From positions 2,208,001-2,272,000 of the forward strand of contig OZ245015.1 in NCBI GenBank assembly GCA_965223705.1: a stretch of 64,000 nucleotides of DNA, read 5' to 3'. The DNA is from Myxococcota bacterium (GTDB lineage Bacteria > Myxococcota_A > UBA9160 > UBA6930). The notes beneath the pieces were generated by a model. That model made no database searches, was not told where the DNA came from, and saw only the letters and a program-made list of their open reading frames with translations. Of the stretch, positions 39,266 through 47,932 are shown piece after piece. The position numbers and the translations under genes were made by a program. Numbering within the stretch: the first letter of the stretch is position 1; each line of letters opens with the position of its first letter.

Positions 39266-39532
39266 ATGGCCACCGCTGCAACCGATCCGCCCCGTTCGAC
39301 AGACTCGTCTCTCGCTACTTTGTTGGAGATGCGCGAGCACCTGACCGTTTCCGAATGGGCGCAGCGACTCGTCGACTGGATGAAAATTCAGGAAGAATCG
39401 ATGCGACGACTGAAGCCTGAGGATCCGCGCCGCAAGCGGTTGCGCAGGCGTTGTCGGATCGCCCGGCGACTTCTCAACCGAACGCGGGTGGCTCGGCCTG
39501 CGGATGAGCTATCGAGAGAACGAGTCGCCTAG
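39266..39532 (+). CDS. Small basic hypothetical protein (88 aa)
   Basis: Strong RBS, sigma54 promoter, helical Arg-rich C-half. Confidence 0.65.
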   Translation: MATAATDPPRSTDSSLATLLEMREHLTVSEWAQRLVDWMKIQEESMRRLKPEDPRRKRLRRRCRIARRLLNRTRVARPADELSRERVA

Positions 39533-39546
39533 TTCTCGCGGGATGC

Positions 39547-40008
39547 TCAAGATCCCGCTGGCGAAATCACGATCGCCGGGTGTCGGCCGTCCTGATCTGA
39601 ACACAGGACATCGGTCGTGGGATCGGCGTGCGCGAAGGCTCGAGAGCTTCGCTCTCCCAGGGCGTCGACGACCCCTTGCACGTAGTCTTCCGACTCCCAT
39701 CTCGGATCGTTTCCGGACGGTTCGCAGTAGCCGAGTTCGATGTGACCCGGCTCAAAGTCGCGAATCAGTTCGGCCGCTGCGTCGATCAGCACCTCGCTCT
39801 CGGCGGTCAAGCGCTCACCGTTCGGCGCGAGCGTCAGCCCGCGCACGACGATGGGCGCGTTGTCCTCGTCTGCGCCCGCGAACTCGGTGCCCGCCGTAGC
39901 GGAGGTAGCCGTGAACAATCGGATCGCCGCGAGCAGCGCGATCAGTCCGAGCAACAGCAGGAGCCGCGTTTCTTCTCTTCCGGTCTTGTTTGCGAGCCTT
40001 TGATTCAT
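39547..40008 (-). CDS. Membrane-anchored protein with degenerate OmpA-C-like domain
   Basis: TM helix, then IVVRGLTLAPNGERLTAESEVLIDAAAELIR..IELGY; lacks the canonical GHTD and LSxxRA motifs. Confidence 0.5.
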   Translation of the reverse strand: MNQRLANKTGREETRLLLLLGLIALLAAIRLFTATSATAGTEFAGADEDNAPIVVRGLTLAPNGERLTAESEVLIDAAAELIRDFEPGHIELGYCEPSGNDPRWESEDYVQGVVDALGERSSRAFAHADPTTDVLCSDQDGRHPAIVISPAGS

Positions 40009-40020
40009 ACCGAACGGTGG

Positions 40021-40036
40021 TGCAAGTTCCGTTCCA
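40021..40036 (-). promoter_or_regulatory. sigma54 (-24/-12) promoter
   Basis: TGGAACGGAACTTGCA on minus strand, 12 nt before ATG 40008. Confidence 0.7.
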
Positions 40037-40075
40037 AGGTCTTGTGATCGCTCTGTCCTTCTGGGCAGGGGGAAT

Positions 40076-40132
40076 CGGACACCCCTGGCCTGTCTTGTGG
40101 GAGCACGCGCTAGAATCGGCCACCTATGTCCG
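40076..40132. promoter_or_regulatory. Paired enhancer-like boxes; second overlaps bEBP start codon
   Basis: CGGACA-CCCC-TGGCCT (40076) and CGGCCA-CCTA-TGTCCG (40117); TAGAAT -10 at 40111. Confidence 0.6.
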
Positions 40133-41553
40133 ATTCCGCGATGCGAGGCGCCCGGATTGTCGTGCGTGGGGACCATGGCTTGGCTCCCGCTCTCGAGGCC
40201 GCTGGTCTCGATGTGACACTGGCTCCCGAAGCGTCGCAGGGTGCCTTGGCCGAGGGCCCGCCACGCCTCGTGGTGTTTTCGGAGGACGTCCCCGACCTGG
40301 TCCGACAGGTCAGGGAGTCTCGCGCGCGCTGGCCGCTCGTCGATGTTCTCGTCCACGCCGCCGACGCGTCGGCGCGTGATGTCCGAGCCTTGCTGCAGGC
40401 CGGTGCCCGGGACGTGTTGCTCGAGACCGACACCGAGTCGGTCGCAACGGCGGTTCGTCGGGCGCTCGAGGCGCAACAAATCCTTCCCGCCGTCGAAGAG
40501 CTATCGAAGCGCCGGGTTCGTTCTTCGCGGTTCGAAGGCATGTTGAGCCGCAGCAACGCCATGTGGGACGTTTTCGAAACCTGTGCGCGGGTCGGCCCGA
40601 CGGATGCGAGCGTCTTGATCTGCGGCGAGACGGGTACGGGCAAGGAGCTTCTGGCGCGGGCCGTTCACCGACGGTCCGGAAGATCCGGGCGATTCGTCCC
40701 CCTCAACTGCAGCGCAATTCCGGACCATTTGGTCGAATCGGAACTCTTCGGACACGAAAAGGGAGCGTTCACCGGTGCCGTGAAGGAGAGTCCGGGAATC
40801 TTCCGGCGCGCGCAGGGTGGGACCGTTTTCCTCGACGAGATCGGGGATATGCCGCAACCGGCCCAACAATCGCTCCTGCGCGTCGTCGAGCAGCGCGTGG
40901 TGCGACCGGTCGGGTCAGCCGATGAGGCGCCCGTGGACGTTCGTATCGTCGCCGCCACGAACAAGCCCCTCGAGGAGGCCGTGGCTGCCGGGACGTTTCG
41001 CGAAGATCTCTTTTACCGGCTCGACGTCATCCGGCTTCAGATCCCGGCGCTGCGCGATCGTCCCGAGGATATCGTCTACCTGTTCGGGTTTTTTGCCAAG
41101 CGACTCGCCAAGCACTACGGCGTCGCACCACCGAAGATCGGTGACGCGTTTATCGGCGAGCTCACCGCGTACCCCTGGCCGGGCAATGTCCGGGAGCTCG
41201 AAAATCTTGCGGAGCGTCTAACGCTTCGCGGAGAGAGTCGAGCGCTTGCGGCGTCCGACTTCCACCGCTCCGTTCGTCCTGCCGGTGATGGCGTGGGCGC
41301 GGCCGAATCGTCTGCGTCCACCGATCGCGCGCCTCCGTGCGAGATCGACACGACAAAGACCCTCGAGCAGACCGTGATGCCTCAGCTCAACGAAATCGAG
41401 GAGCGCTATCTCGCCGCGCTTCTCACCGAGACGGGCGGGAGCGTTCGAGAGACGGCGTCCCGGGCGGGCGTGTCACCTCGAACGCTCCAACGCAAGATGG
41501 CAGCGCTCTCACTCGATAAGGCGGACTTCAAGTCGCCGGGAGCGGACGACTAA
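40126..41553 (+). CDS. sigma54-dependent enhancer-binding protein (NtrC-like) with degenerate receiver
   Basis: GETGTGKE, ESELFGHEKGAFTGA, FLDEIG, FREDLFYRL, WPGNVREL, C-terminal Fis-type HTH. Confidence 0.93.
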   Translation: MSDSAMRGARIVVRGDHGLAPALEAAGLDVTLAPEASQGALAEGPPRLVVFSEDVPDLVRQVRESRARWPLVDVLVHAADASARDVRALLQAGARDVLLETDTESVATAVRRALEAQQILPAVEELSKRRVRSSRFEGMLSRSNAMWDVFETCARVGPTDASVLICGETGTGKELLARAVHRRSGRSGRFVPLNCSAIPDHLVESELFGHEKGAFTGAVKESPGIFRRAQGGTVFLDEIGDMPQPAQQSLLRVVEQRVVRPVGSADEAPVDVRIVAATNKPLEEAVAAGTFREDLFYRLDVIRLQIPALRDRPEDIVYLFGFFAKRLAKHYGVAPPKIGDAFIGELTAYPWPGNVRELENLAERLTLRGESRALAASDFHRSVRPAGDGVGAAESSASTDRAPPCEIDTTKTLEQTVMPQLNEIEERYLAALLTETGGSVRETASRAGVSPRTLQRKMAALSLDKADFKSPGADD

Positions 41554-42221
41554 GCCGCTGTGGCGTAGGGGTGGTGGCGACTGCCTCGCAGTCTCCACCA
41601 AGCACTGGTGACCCGCTCGTAGCGTTCACTCAGACACGCTCCCACCGGCGTGCGGCGCAGGTTCCAGCTCGTGGCTGCGGGCCGGTCCGTGACCGTTGCT
41701 GCGTAGGAAATTTGCGGGTCCGGCACGAGTTCGGTCGCGTTGCCGCGCGTCAGGGTTTCCGGAGAGCCGAAGCGGACGCGGGCGACTCCCTTTCGAAAGG
41801 CGTCACAGCCCGCGGCGAGTTTCTCTCGGATCTTCTTGCGAACGCCCGGGCATTCCGACAGCGCTTCCGCCCGGCCGATCGAGAGCTCGTGCGCTGCGTT
41901 GCCGTTCTCGTCGTACACGACGGGCGCGTCGATCACGAAGTCGAGGGCATCGGCGTGGAGCCGTGAGGCGATCTCGGCGGAAAGCTCCTCCTCGGACTTC
42001 GACTTGGCACCCGCGAGTTCATTGGTCGGAAGACTCGTTTGGCTGGCCGCTTTTTCGATCTCTCGATGTCCGCGGTGCAGAAGCAAGGAGCGGTCTTCGT
42101 CGACGGAGTTCAGGTACTGGGCAAGCCGCTCCGGTCCGCTCGGATGTTGTAGGACCAGGGCTCCGGCGTGAATGACCCGCTCGACAGGATGGCGTTCCGA
42201 CTGAATTGGCACGTTTCGCAT
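41550..42221 (-). CDS. Degenerate amino-acid-kinase (ArgB-like) fold protein, paralog 2
   Basis: AEIASRLHADALDFVIDAPVVYDENG..ELS..KLAAGCDAFRKGVARVRF..ATEL; AAGGAGG RBS. Confidence 0.7.
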   Translation of the reverse strand: MRNVPIQSERHPVERVIHAGALVLQHPSGPERLAQYLNSVDEDRSLLLHRGHREIEKAASQTSLPTNELAGAKSKSEEELSAEIASRLHADALDFVIDAPVVYDENGNAAHELSIGRAEALSECPGVRKKIREKLAAGCDAFRKGVARVRFGSPETLTRGNATELVPDPQISYAATVTDRPAATSWNLRRTPVGACLSERYERVTSAWWRLRGSRHHPYATAA

Positions 42222-42253
42222 GTTGGTTCGTGTCCTCCTTGCCACGACAACAG

Positions 42254-42269
42254 TGCACGAGCCGTGCCA
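42254..42269 (-). promoter_or_regulatory. sigma54 (-24/-12) promoter
   Basis: TGGCACGGCTCGTGCA on minus strand. Confidence 0.7.
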
Positions 42270-42307
42270 GCCGTCTAGCGCCAGGAGAGCGCGTTAGGCA
42301 CCGAAAC

Positions 42308-42354
42308 CGGACATCCGTGTCGCGTCTTCGCGGTATCTCGGCCATCGCTGACAG
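42308..42354. promoter_or_regulatory. Paired enhancer-like boxes
   Basis: CGGACA-TCCG-TGTCGC (42308) and CGGCCA-TCGC-TGACAG (42339). Confidence 0.55.
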
Positions 42355-42394
42355 ATCGACCCGACTTGCGGGTGCGTTCAGACGTTACGCGTGC

Positions 42395-43759
42395 CTACAG
42401 ACAGCCCGCATTCGGATTCGGTTCGCTGACCGGGCCCCAGAACTCCACCTTGATGCCATCGGGGTCGAAGAAAAACACGATCCCGACGTCACCGGCATTG
42501 GTTCCACCGCCGATCGGGCCGAGCTGTTCGAAACCGATCCGATTCATCTCATCGATGGTCGCGTTCAGGTCGTCGACGTAGAAAGCGATACGGTCGATGC
42601 CCAGGTGATTGACCGGCGGTGAGTAGGGCGGCGACCCGTCGAAAGGCTTCTTCCACTGCCGCAACTGCAACGTCGCATTGGGATTGCCGACAAAGGGGAT
42701 TCCCGGGGTGGGACCCGGAAGGCTGACGTCGACGCCCTTGAACTTGATCCGGCCGCTTTGTCCGTGGGCCGCGGCAAACTCACCCGAGCCGGCCTGTGAG
42801 GCGGGCTTGGACTCGGTAAACCCGAGCAACCGATAGAACTCCCGCGATCGTTTCAGGTCAGCCACGTTCATGTTCGTGTTGACGAGCGCGACCAAGTTCG
42901 GCGGACCGGGGTTCGCCGGTACGCCCGACAAATCCTCGATCAACTTCAAGAAGGTGCCATCTTGATCCTTCAGGAAGACGAACCGCTCACCATTGGGCGC
43001 GACCGCGGGCGGCGATACAAATTCGACGCCCTCTCCCATGAGGAAGTCGTAGGCGCCGTCGAGGTCGGTCGTCGAGTACGTCGAGTACGCCATGCCGATG
43101 TGGTTCAGGTTTGCGTAGGGCGGATCGTCGCGGAACGAATCCTCTCGGAACTGCACCGTATCGACCCAGGGCGGCGCGCCGTTGAAGCTCGTCAGGGCGA
43201 CGAAAATCAGATAGTTGTCCGGGAACCCGAGCGACTGCGCAAAAGTCCGACACACCTCGGGCCCCGCCGGGAAAATCTCGCCGGAGAGTCCCAGCGTGTT
43301 GTAGAACGCCCGCTGGCGGTCCATGTCGCTGGTGTTGAGGCCGTAGTACACCTTGGCGCGCACGTCGAAGTTTGCCTCGGTGTACTGAACGACGCGAACG
43401 CCGAGTTTTCCTCCGGGCTTTCCGCGAACGCTCACCTCGATGGTGTTCTCAGGCTGGAGCTGCAACGGGATGACGACCTTGCCGTTGCCGCGGAAGTCCC
43501 GAGCCCGAACGACTTCGACGCCGTTGATGACGATCTTGGCGTTCTTGATTCCCTTATCTCGCAGGATCAGCTTCGCGGGACCGTCGATAGCCCTGAACGT
43601 GGCCGAATGGGTCGTCGGTTTTCCGCGCTCGCGTTCGTAGACCTCCGGGCCGAAGCGGGTCAGGTTGGCCTCGCCCGCTGAGGCCGTGGTGGATACAACG
43701 GCGAGAACGCCCAGTACCGATACGAAGACCGATGCAAAGCTTCCGAATCCGTTCCTCAT
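42395..43759 (-). CDS. Exported protein with N-terminal beta-sandwich and tandem VOC/glyoxalase domains
   Basis: Signal peptide; NTSDMDRQRAFY, FLKDQDG, NVADLKRSREFY, FFDPDGIKVE. Confidence 0.8.
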   Translation of the reverse strand: MRNGFGSFASVFVSVLGVLAVVSTTASAGEANLTRFGPEVYERERGKPTTHSATFRAIDGPAKLILRDKGIKNAKIVINGVEVVRARDFRGNGKVVIPLQLQPENTIEVSVRGKPGGKLGVRVVQYTEANFDVRAKVYYGLNTSDMDRQRAFYNTLGLSGEIFPAGPEVCRTFAQSLGFPDNYLIFVALTSFNGAPPWVDTVQFREDSFRDDPPYANLNHIGMAYSTYSTTDLDGAYDFLMGEGVEFVSPPAVAPNGERFVFLKDQDGTFLKLIEDLSGVPANPGPPNLVALVNTNMNVADLKRSREFYRLLGFTESKPASQAGSGEFAAAHGQSGRIKFKGVDVSLPGPTPGIPFVGNPNATLQLRQWKKPFDGSPPYSPPVNHLGIDRIAFYVDDLNATIDEMNRIGFEQLGPIGGGTNAGDVGIVFFFDPDGIKVEFWGPVSEPNPNAGCL

Positions 43760-43839
43760 GACGCCTCCCGTGTGTATGCGGGAATTGTCTCATACGCCCG
43801 CCGTGCGGGGGTGACATTCGCGAAACAAAGATCGCTCGG

Positions 43840-45078
43840 CTAGATCAGGGCTTCCGCCCAGCGCGCGCGGAGCGCTTCGACGCGCTCACCGGAGACGTCT
43901 TCCATGCGGGAGAGCACTCGCCCGGGGAGGAGATCCTCCGCCTCGAGGCGCACCTGAAGCTCCCGTGCCGCCGCGTAGGAGGGGCTGCCGACGTCGAGTA
44001 GGCGGATCTTCGTCTTCTGCGTGCTCGGGTCGAGGATGTCGTCGAAGGGGACGGGTACGATGGCGTCGGACTCGCGCGTGATCATGACGGCGTCCCCGCC
44101 GTCGAGGAGACAGCGTACGGCGCCGGCACCGAGATCGCGGGTGTAGGCGATGTCGAATGCGTTCGGGCTGGCGCAACGCAGCTCGTAGCCGACGTCCTTG
44201 GCGACGAGCGTCGTCGATAATCCGAGCTCTCGAAGCCCGGAGCGCACGCGGTCGATCACCAAGCGACCCAACGGGAGCTCTGCCAGGCGCGGATGACCGT
44301 GCTCGTCACGCGGGACCTCCGGCACGTCGGCCAAGTCCGCCGGGTCGAGACGCTCACCAATGCCCTCGGCGAGGACGGCCACCCCATAGGGACGGCCGAC
44401 GGCCATGCGTTTCACGATTGCCGCCTCGATCGTGCGCGCGATCTGTTGCAGAGAACCCGTCGGCTGAGGCAGTTCTTCGGCGACGAGCGCCAAGGTCGCG
44501 CCGGCCGCCTTCGCGGCCCCGAGGGCCAAGTGGCCCGCCGAGCGCCCCATCACGACCGCGACGTACCAGCGGCTCGTCGTTCGCGCATCTTCCATGAGGT
44601 GACTCAAGATGCGCGCCGCCTCTTCGCGGGCGGTCTCGAACCCGAAGGTCGGGATGCCCGGCGGTAGCGGCAGATCGTTGTCGATGGTCTTGGGAACGTG
44701 GGCCACGCGAATACGTCCCTTGGCTTCCTCGGACACGCGACGCGCCGAGTGACAAGTGTCGTCCCCGCCGATCGTGATGAGGTAATCAACGCCGAGCCCC
44801 TCGAGACAGGAGACGACTCGCGCCAGATCTTCCGGACGTTTCGTCGGGTTGGCCCGCGACGTCTGCAACACCGATCCGCCGAGCAGGTGAATGCGGGAGA
44901 CCTCGCCGATCAAGAGGTCGCGAACCGCCGAGGTGTCCCCGGCGATCAAGCCCTCGAAGCCCGACGGGATACCGAGGACCCGGGCCCCTTGCCGGCGCGC
45001 CAGAATCGCGGCGGAGCCGATCACTCCGTTGATGCCCGGCGCCGGCCCGCCGCCGACGAGAATGCCAAACGTCGCCAT
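43840..45078 (-). CDS. pfp: 6-phosphofructokinase, probably PPi-dependent
   Basis: GGGPAPGIN, GGDD, PKTIDNDL, MGRSAGHL, GYELRC. Confidence 0.88.
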   Translation of the reverse strand: MATFGILVGGGPAPGINGVIGSAAILARRQGARVLGIPSGFEGLIAGDTSAVRDLLIGEVSRIHLLGGSVLQTSRANPTKRPEDLARVVSCLEGLGVDYLITIGGDDTCHSARRVSEEAKGRIRVAHVPKTIDNDLPLPPGIPTFGFETAREEAARILSHLMEDARTTSRWYVAVVMGRSAGHLALGAAKAAGATLALVAEELPQPTGSLQQIARTIEAAIVKRMAVGRPYGVAVLAEGIGERLDPADLADVPEVPRDEHGHPRLAELPLGRLVIDRVRSGLRELGLSTTLVAKDVGYELRCASPNAFDIAYTRDLGAGAVRCLLDGGDAVMITRESDAIVPVPFDDILDPSTQKTKIRLLDVGSPSYAAARELQVRLEAEDLLPGRVLSRMEDVSGERVEALRARWAEALI

Positions 45079-45130
45079 GCTCACCCCCTGACAAAGCGGA
45101 GATCGTACGCAGCGCCGAGCGGGCGCGCGA

Positions 45131-45892
45131 CTACTTGAGCAACCGACGCTTGAGCGCAAGCACCGCGAGTGGCGTGAACACCACCACTATCGCCGCGGAG
45201 TAAAGTGCCCACAGCGTGTGTTCGCCGGCCCATGTCCCTTCGGTGCACGCTCGCGCCATCTGCACGAGCGGAGTCAGTGGCGCCACCCGTGCGATCGGCT
45301 CGATCCAGTCCGGGAGTACGGAGATCGGGAAGAACGACCCGCTAAAGAAAAACAGCGGCGACGCCACCAGCGTGAAGACGAGCGAGAGGACATGGAGCGA
45401 TTTCGAGAGCGCCGCAAAGAGGAGGCCGATGCCTCCGAACACCAAGCCCGTACCGACCCCTACGGCGAGAAGACCCGGGGTAGCCGCGAGGGGAATCCAG
45501 CCGAAGGCGAGCGCGAAGACGCCGAGTGCGCTGACGGAAATCAGCGCGCGCGTGACAGCGAACGCGAGCTCGGCGAGCACGATTTCGGCCACGGTGACCG
45601 GCGCCGTCAGGATGGTGTCGTAGACACTCTGGTTGATGCGCTCGAAGGCACTCCAAGACGCTTCGAAAATCGCGTGGAACATGGCGTTGCCGACGAGGAT
45701 GCCCGGCGTGACGAAAGCGGCGTAGGCGCCGTGCCCTTCGACGTCTCCCACGAGTCGGCCGATTCCGATCGCCGCGGCCGCGAGCACCACCACCGGCTCG
45801 ACCACGAACCAGGTGAACGCCACCTTCCACACGCGCAGCAGGGCCAGGATATGGCGCCGCCACACGCCTACGACCGAGCGCCAGCGAATCAT
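45131..45892 (-). CDS. ABC-2 type permease (NodJ-like)
   Basis: 6 TM; YAAFVTPG, PLFFFSGSFFP. Confidence 0.88.
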   Translation of the reverse strand: MIRWRSVVGVWRRHILALLRVWKVAFTWFVVEPVVVLAAAAIGIGRLVGDVEGHGAYAAFVTPGILVGNAMFHAIFEASWSAFERINQSVYDTILTAPVTVAEIVLAELAFAVTRALISVSALGVFALAFGWIPLAATPGLLAVGVGTGLVFGGIGLLFAALSKSLHVLSLVFTLVASPLFFFSGSFFPISVLPDWIEPIARVAPLTPLVQMARACTEGTWAGEHTLWALYSAAIVVVFTPLAVLALKRRLLK

Positions 45893-46821
45893 GGCTCCCC
45901 CAACCCACGCCCGGCGAGTGCGAGAAATACGTCCTCCAGGTTGGCCGGCCGCTCCGTCACACGCGCGCCCGGTAGCGCCGGGAGCGCTGGGCTCTCGCCG
46001 TCGCGCCCGGTCACGCGAAACACCGCACCGAGCTCACGGTAGGCATAGCCCGTGGCGTCGAGCGCTTGACGCAAGCGCTCGCGCGCGGCCGGATCCGGAT
46101 CGTTCGGACGGACTTCGGCCACGCCGCCCGCGGCGTGGCGCGTCACCAGTTCGTGCGGGGCCGCCTCATCGAGAAGGCGGCCCGAATGGAGCATGGCAAT
46201 GCGGTCCGAGAGGGTTTCCGCCTCGTCCATGTAGTGGGTCGTCATGAGGATCGTCACGCCCTGCCCCTTCAGCACCGCGAGCTCTTCCCAGACTTTGACG
46301 CGGCTCTCGGGGTCGAGGCCCGTCGACGGTTCGTCGAGGACGATCACCCGGGGCCGGTTGACGAGCGCGCGGGCGATCGCGAGCCGCCGGCGCATCCCGC
46401 CCGAGAGCTCGTCGACGCGATCCTTCGCGCGCGCCGTCAGGTCGAAGAAGTCGAGGACGTCGTCGGCGCGGCGGCCGGCGTCGCGTCGCGAAAGCCCACA
46501 GAGATAGCCGAAGACCTCGAGGTTCTGGCGCACGGACACATCGCTATCGAGGCCGTCCGCCTGGGTGACGACGCCCATGATGTGCCGCACCTCGCGCGGC
46601 GCTTCCGTCACGTCGAGGCCGGCCACACGAGCGCTGCCGCCGCTCGGTGGTGAGAGCCCGGCGAGGATGCGCATGATGCTCGTCTTCCCCGCGCCGTTCG
46701 GACCGAGCAGACCCACGGTCTCGCCGCGCGCGACGTCGAACGAAACGCCATCGACGGCTCGTGTTCCGCTGAATTCCTTGACGAGGTTCACCACCTCGAT
46801 TTCCGGGCGATCGCCGAGCAC
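45889..46821 (-). CDS. ABC-2 exporter ATP-binding subunit (NodI/DrrA-like)
   Basis: GPNGAGKT, LSGGM, LDEPSTGLD, TTHYM. Confidence 0.92.
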   Translation of the reverse strand: MLGDRPEIEVVNLVKEFSGTRAVDGVSFDVARGETVGLLGPNGAGKTSIMRILAGLSPPSGGSARVAGLDVTEAPREVRHIMGVVTQADGLDSDVSVRQNLEVFGYLCGLSRRDAGRRADDVLDFFDLTARAKDRVDELSGGMRRRLAIARALVNRPRVIVLDEPSTGLDPESRVKVWEELAVLKGQGVTILMTTHYMDEAETLSDRIAMLHSGRLLDEAAPHELVTRHAAGGVAEVRPNDPDPAARERLRQALDATGYAYRELGAVFRVTGRDGESPALPALPGARVTERPANLEDVFLALAGRGLGEP

Positions 46822-46831
46822 GGGCTGGAAC

Positions 46832-47932
46832 TTAGGCGTCGGGGTGCAGCTCTTCGAGTGGACGAAACGGAGCGTCGATGCCGAACGCGCGCGGGCCGAA
46901 GATCGCGAGCGCCTCGGGGCTTCGCATGATCGGTGCGCAGCTCGTTCCGATGACGCGGACCCGCTGTCCGTAGCGCAGCGCCTCCGTCGTGATGGGCTCG
47001 GCGGTCTCCGCATCGATCACGCAGATCAAGTCCGGCACGATGGCGCAGATCTCGTCGTTCTGGCGCGCGACGAGGTTCTCGTTTTGGAATTCGATCTCGA
47101 GGCTCCCCTGCCCACTCCCACTCTGCGATTCGATACGGCAGTGGCCGACGGAGAAGCCGCGCGTTGTCTCGCGACGCAGGTCGGCGATCTTGCCCTCGAA
47201 GAGCACCTTGCACCGGTTGTAGAACGGGCTCGCTCGTAGGGCTTCGAGCAGGTGGGCTGTGGGGTCACCCTCGCGCCGGCCCCGCTCGATGGCGCGGCCG
47301 ATTTCCAGTGCCACGCTGAGTGTGCCCAAGACCCCAGCGCGTTTCAGCTCTGCACCGCTCATGGGATAGCAGGACATGAGCGCACTGAGGCCCATCTGCA
47401 CGACGTTCGCGCGCGCCATGTCCTCCGCGGTCTTGGCATCCGAGGCTTCGATCACGACGCTGTTCCCGTGCTCATCGGCCATCGCGAGGGGGGCCGCTCC
47501 GATTCCGTAGATGTTGAACGTGACCATCTGCAGCTCGGGGAAAGCGCGGCCCATGCCGTCCGCGTCGACCAGGGGAAGGCCCAGGCGTGCGGCGGCGGCG
47601 ATCGGGATCATCGAGTTACAACCGCCGATCTCGATGGGAGCGATGAACGAGGCGGTACGTCCCCGGTACGCCTCGAGGCGCCTGACAGAAAGGACGATGT
47701 CGTCGCCGCTCGCGATCTTCTCGACGAGCACCGTCGGGGCGCCGATCATCGCCGAGGTGTAGACGGCGGCATCGTCGGGGAGCGCCTCGGGAGCCACGAC
47801 TTCGGGCATGCCGCACTCGCGAATCGCCTGTTCGGCGATGAGGCGCCCGATGTACGGGTCACCGCCGCCTCCGGTGCCGAGGAAAGCGGCGCCCCGCGCG
47901 AGATCGGCCAAGTCTTCGACCGCCAGCTTCAT
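46832..47932 (-). CDS. DUF917 family protein
   Basis: LGTGGGGDP, EIGGCNS, DADGMGRAFPE, FQNENL, VPDLI. Confidence 0.9.
   Translation of the reverse strand: MKLAVEDLADLARGAAFLGTGGGGDPYIGRLIAEQAIRECGMPEVVAPEALPDDAAVYTSAMIGAPTVLVEKIASGDDIVLSVRRLEAYRGRTASFIAPIEIGGCNSMIPIAAAARLGLPLVDADGMGRAFPELQMVTFNIYGIGAAPLAMADEHGNSVVIEASDAKTAEDMARANVVQMGLSALMSCYPMSGAELKRAGVLGTLSVALEIGRAIERGRREGDPTAHLLEALRASPFYNRCKVLFEGKIADLRRETTRGFSVGHCRIESQSGSGQGSLEIEFQNENLVARQNDEICAIVPDLICVIDAETAEPITTEALRYGQRVRVIGTSCAPIMRSPEALAIFGPRAFGIDAPFRPLEELHPDA

Noticed and set aside
37976..39340. Long antisense or alternate-frame ORFs here and across the window (e.g. 4220..5671, 23973..25331, 50902..52371)
   Set aside because: Expected in high-GC DNA; no motifs, and they overlap well-supported genes
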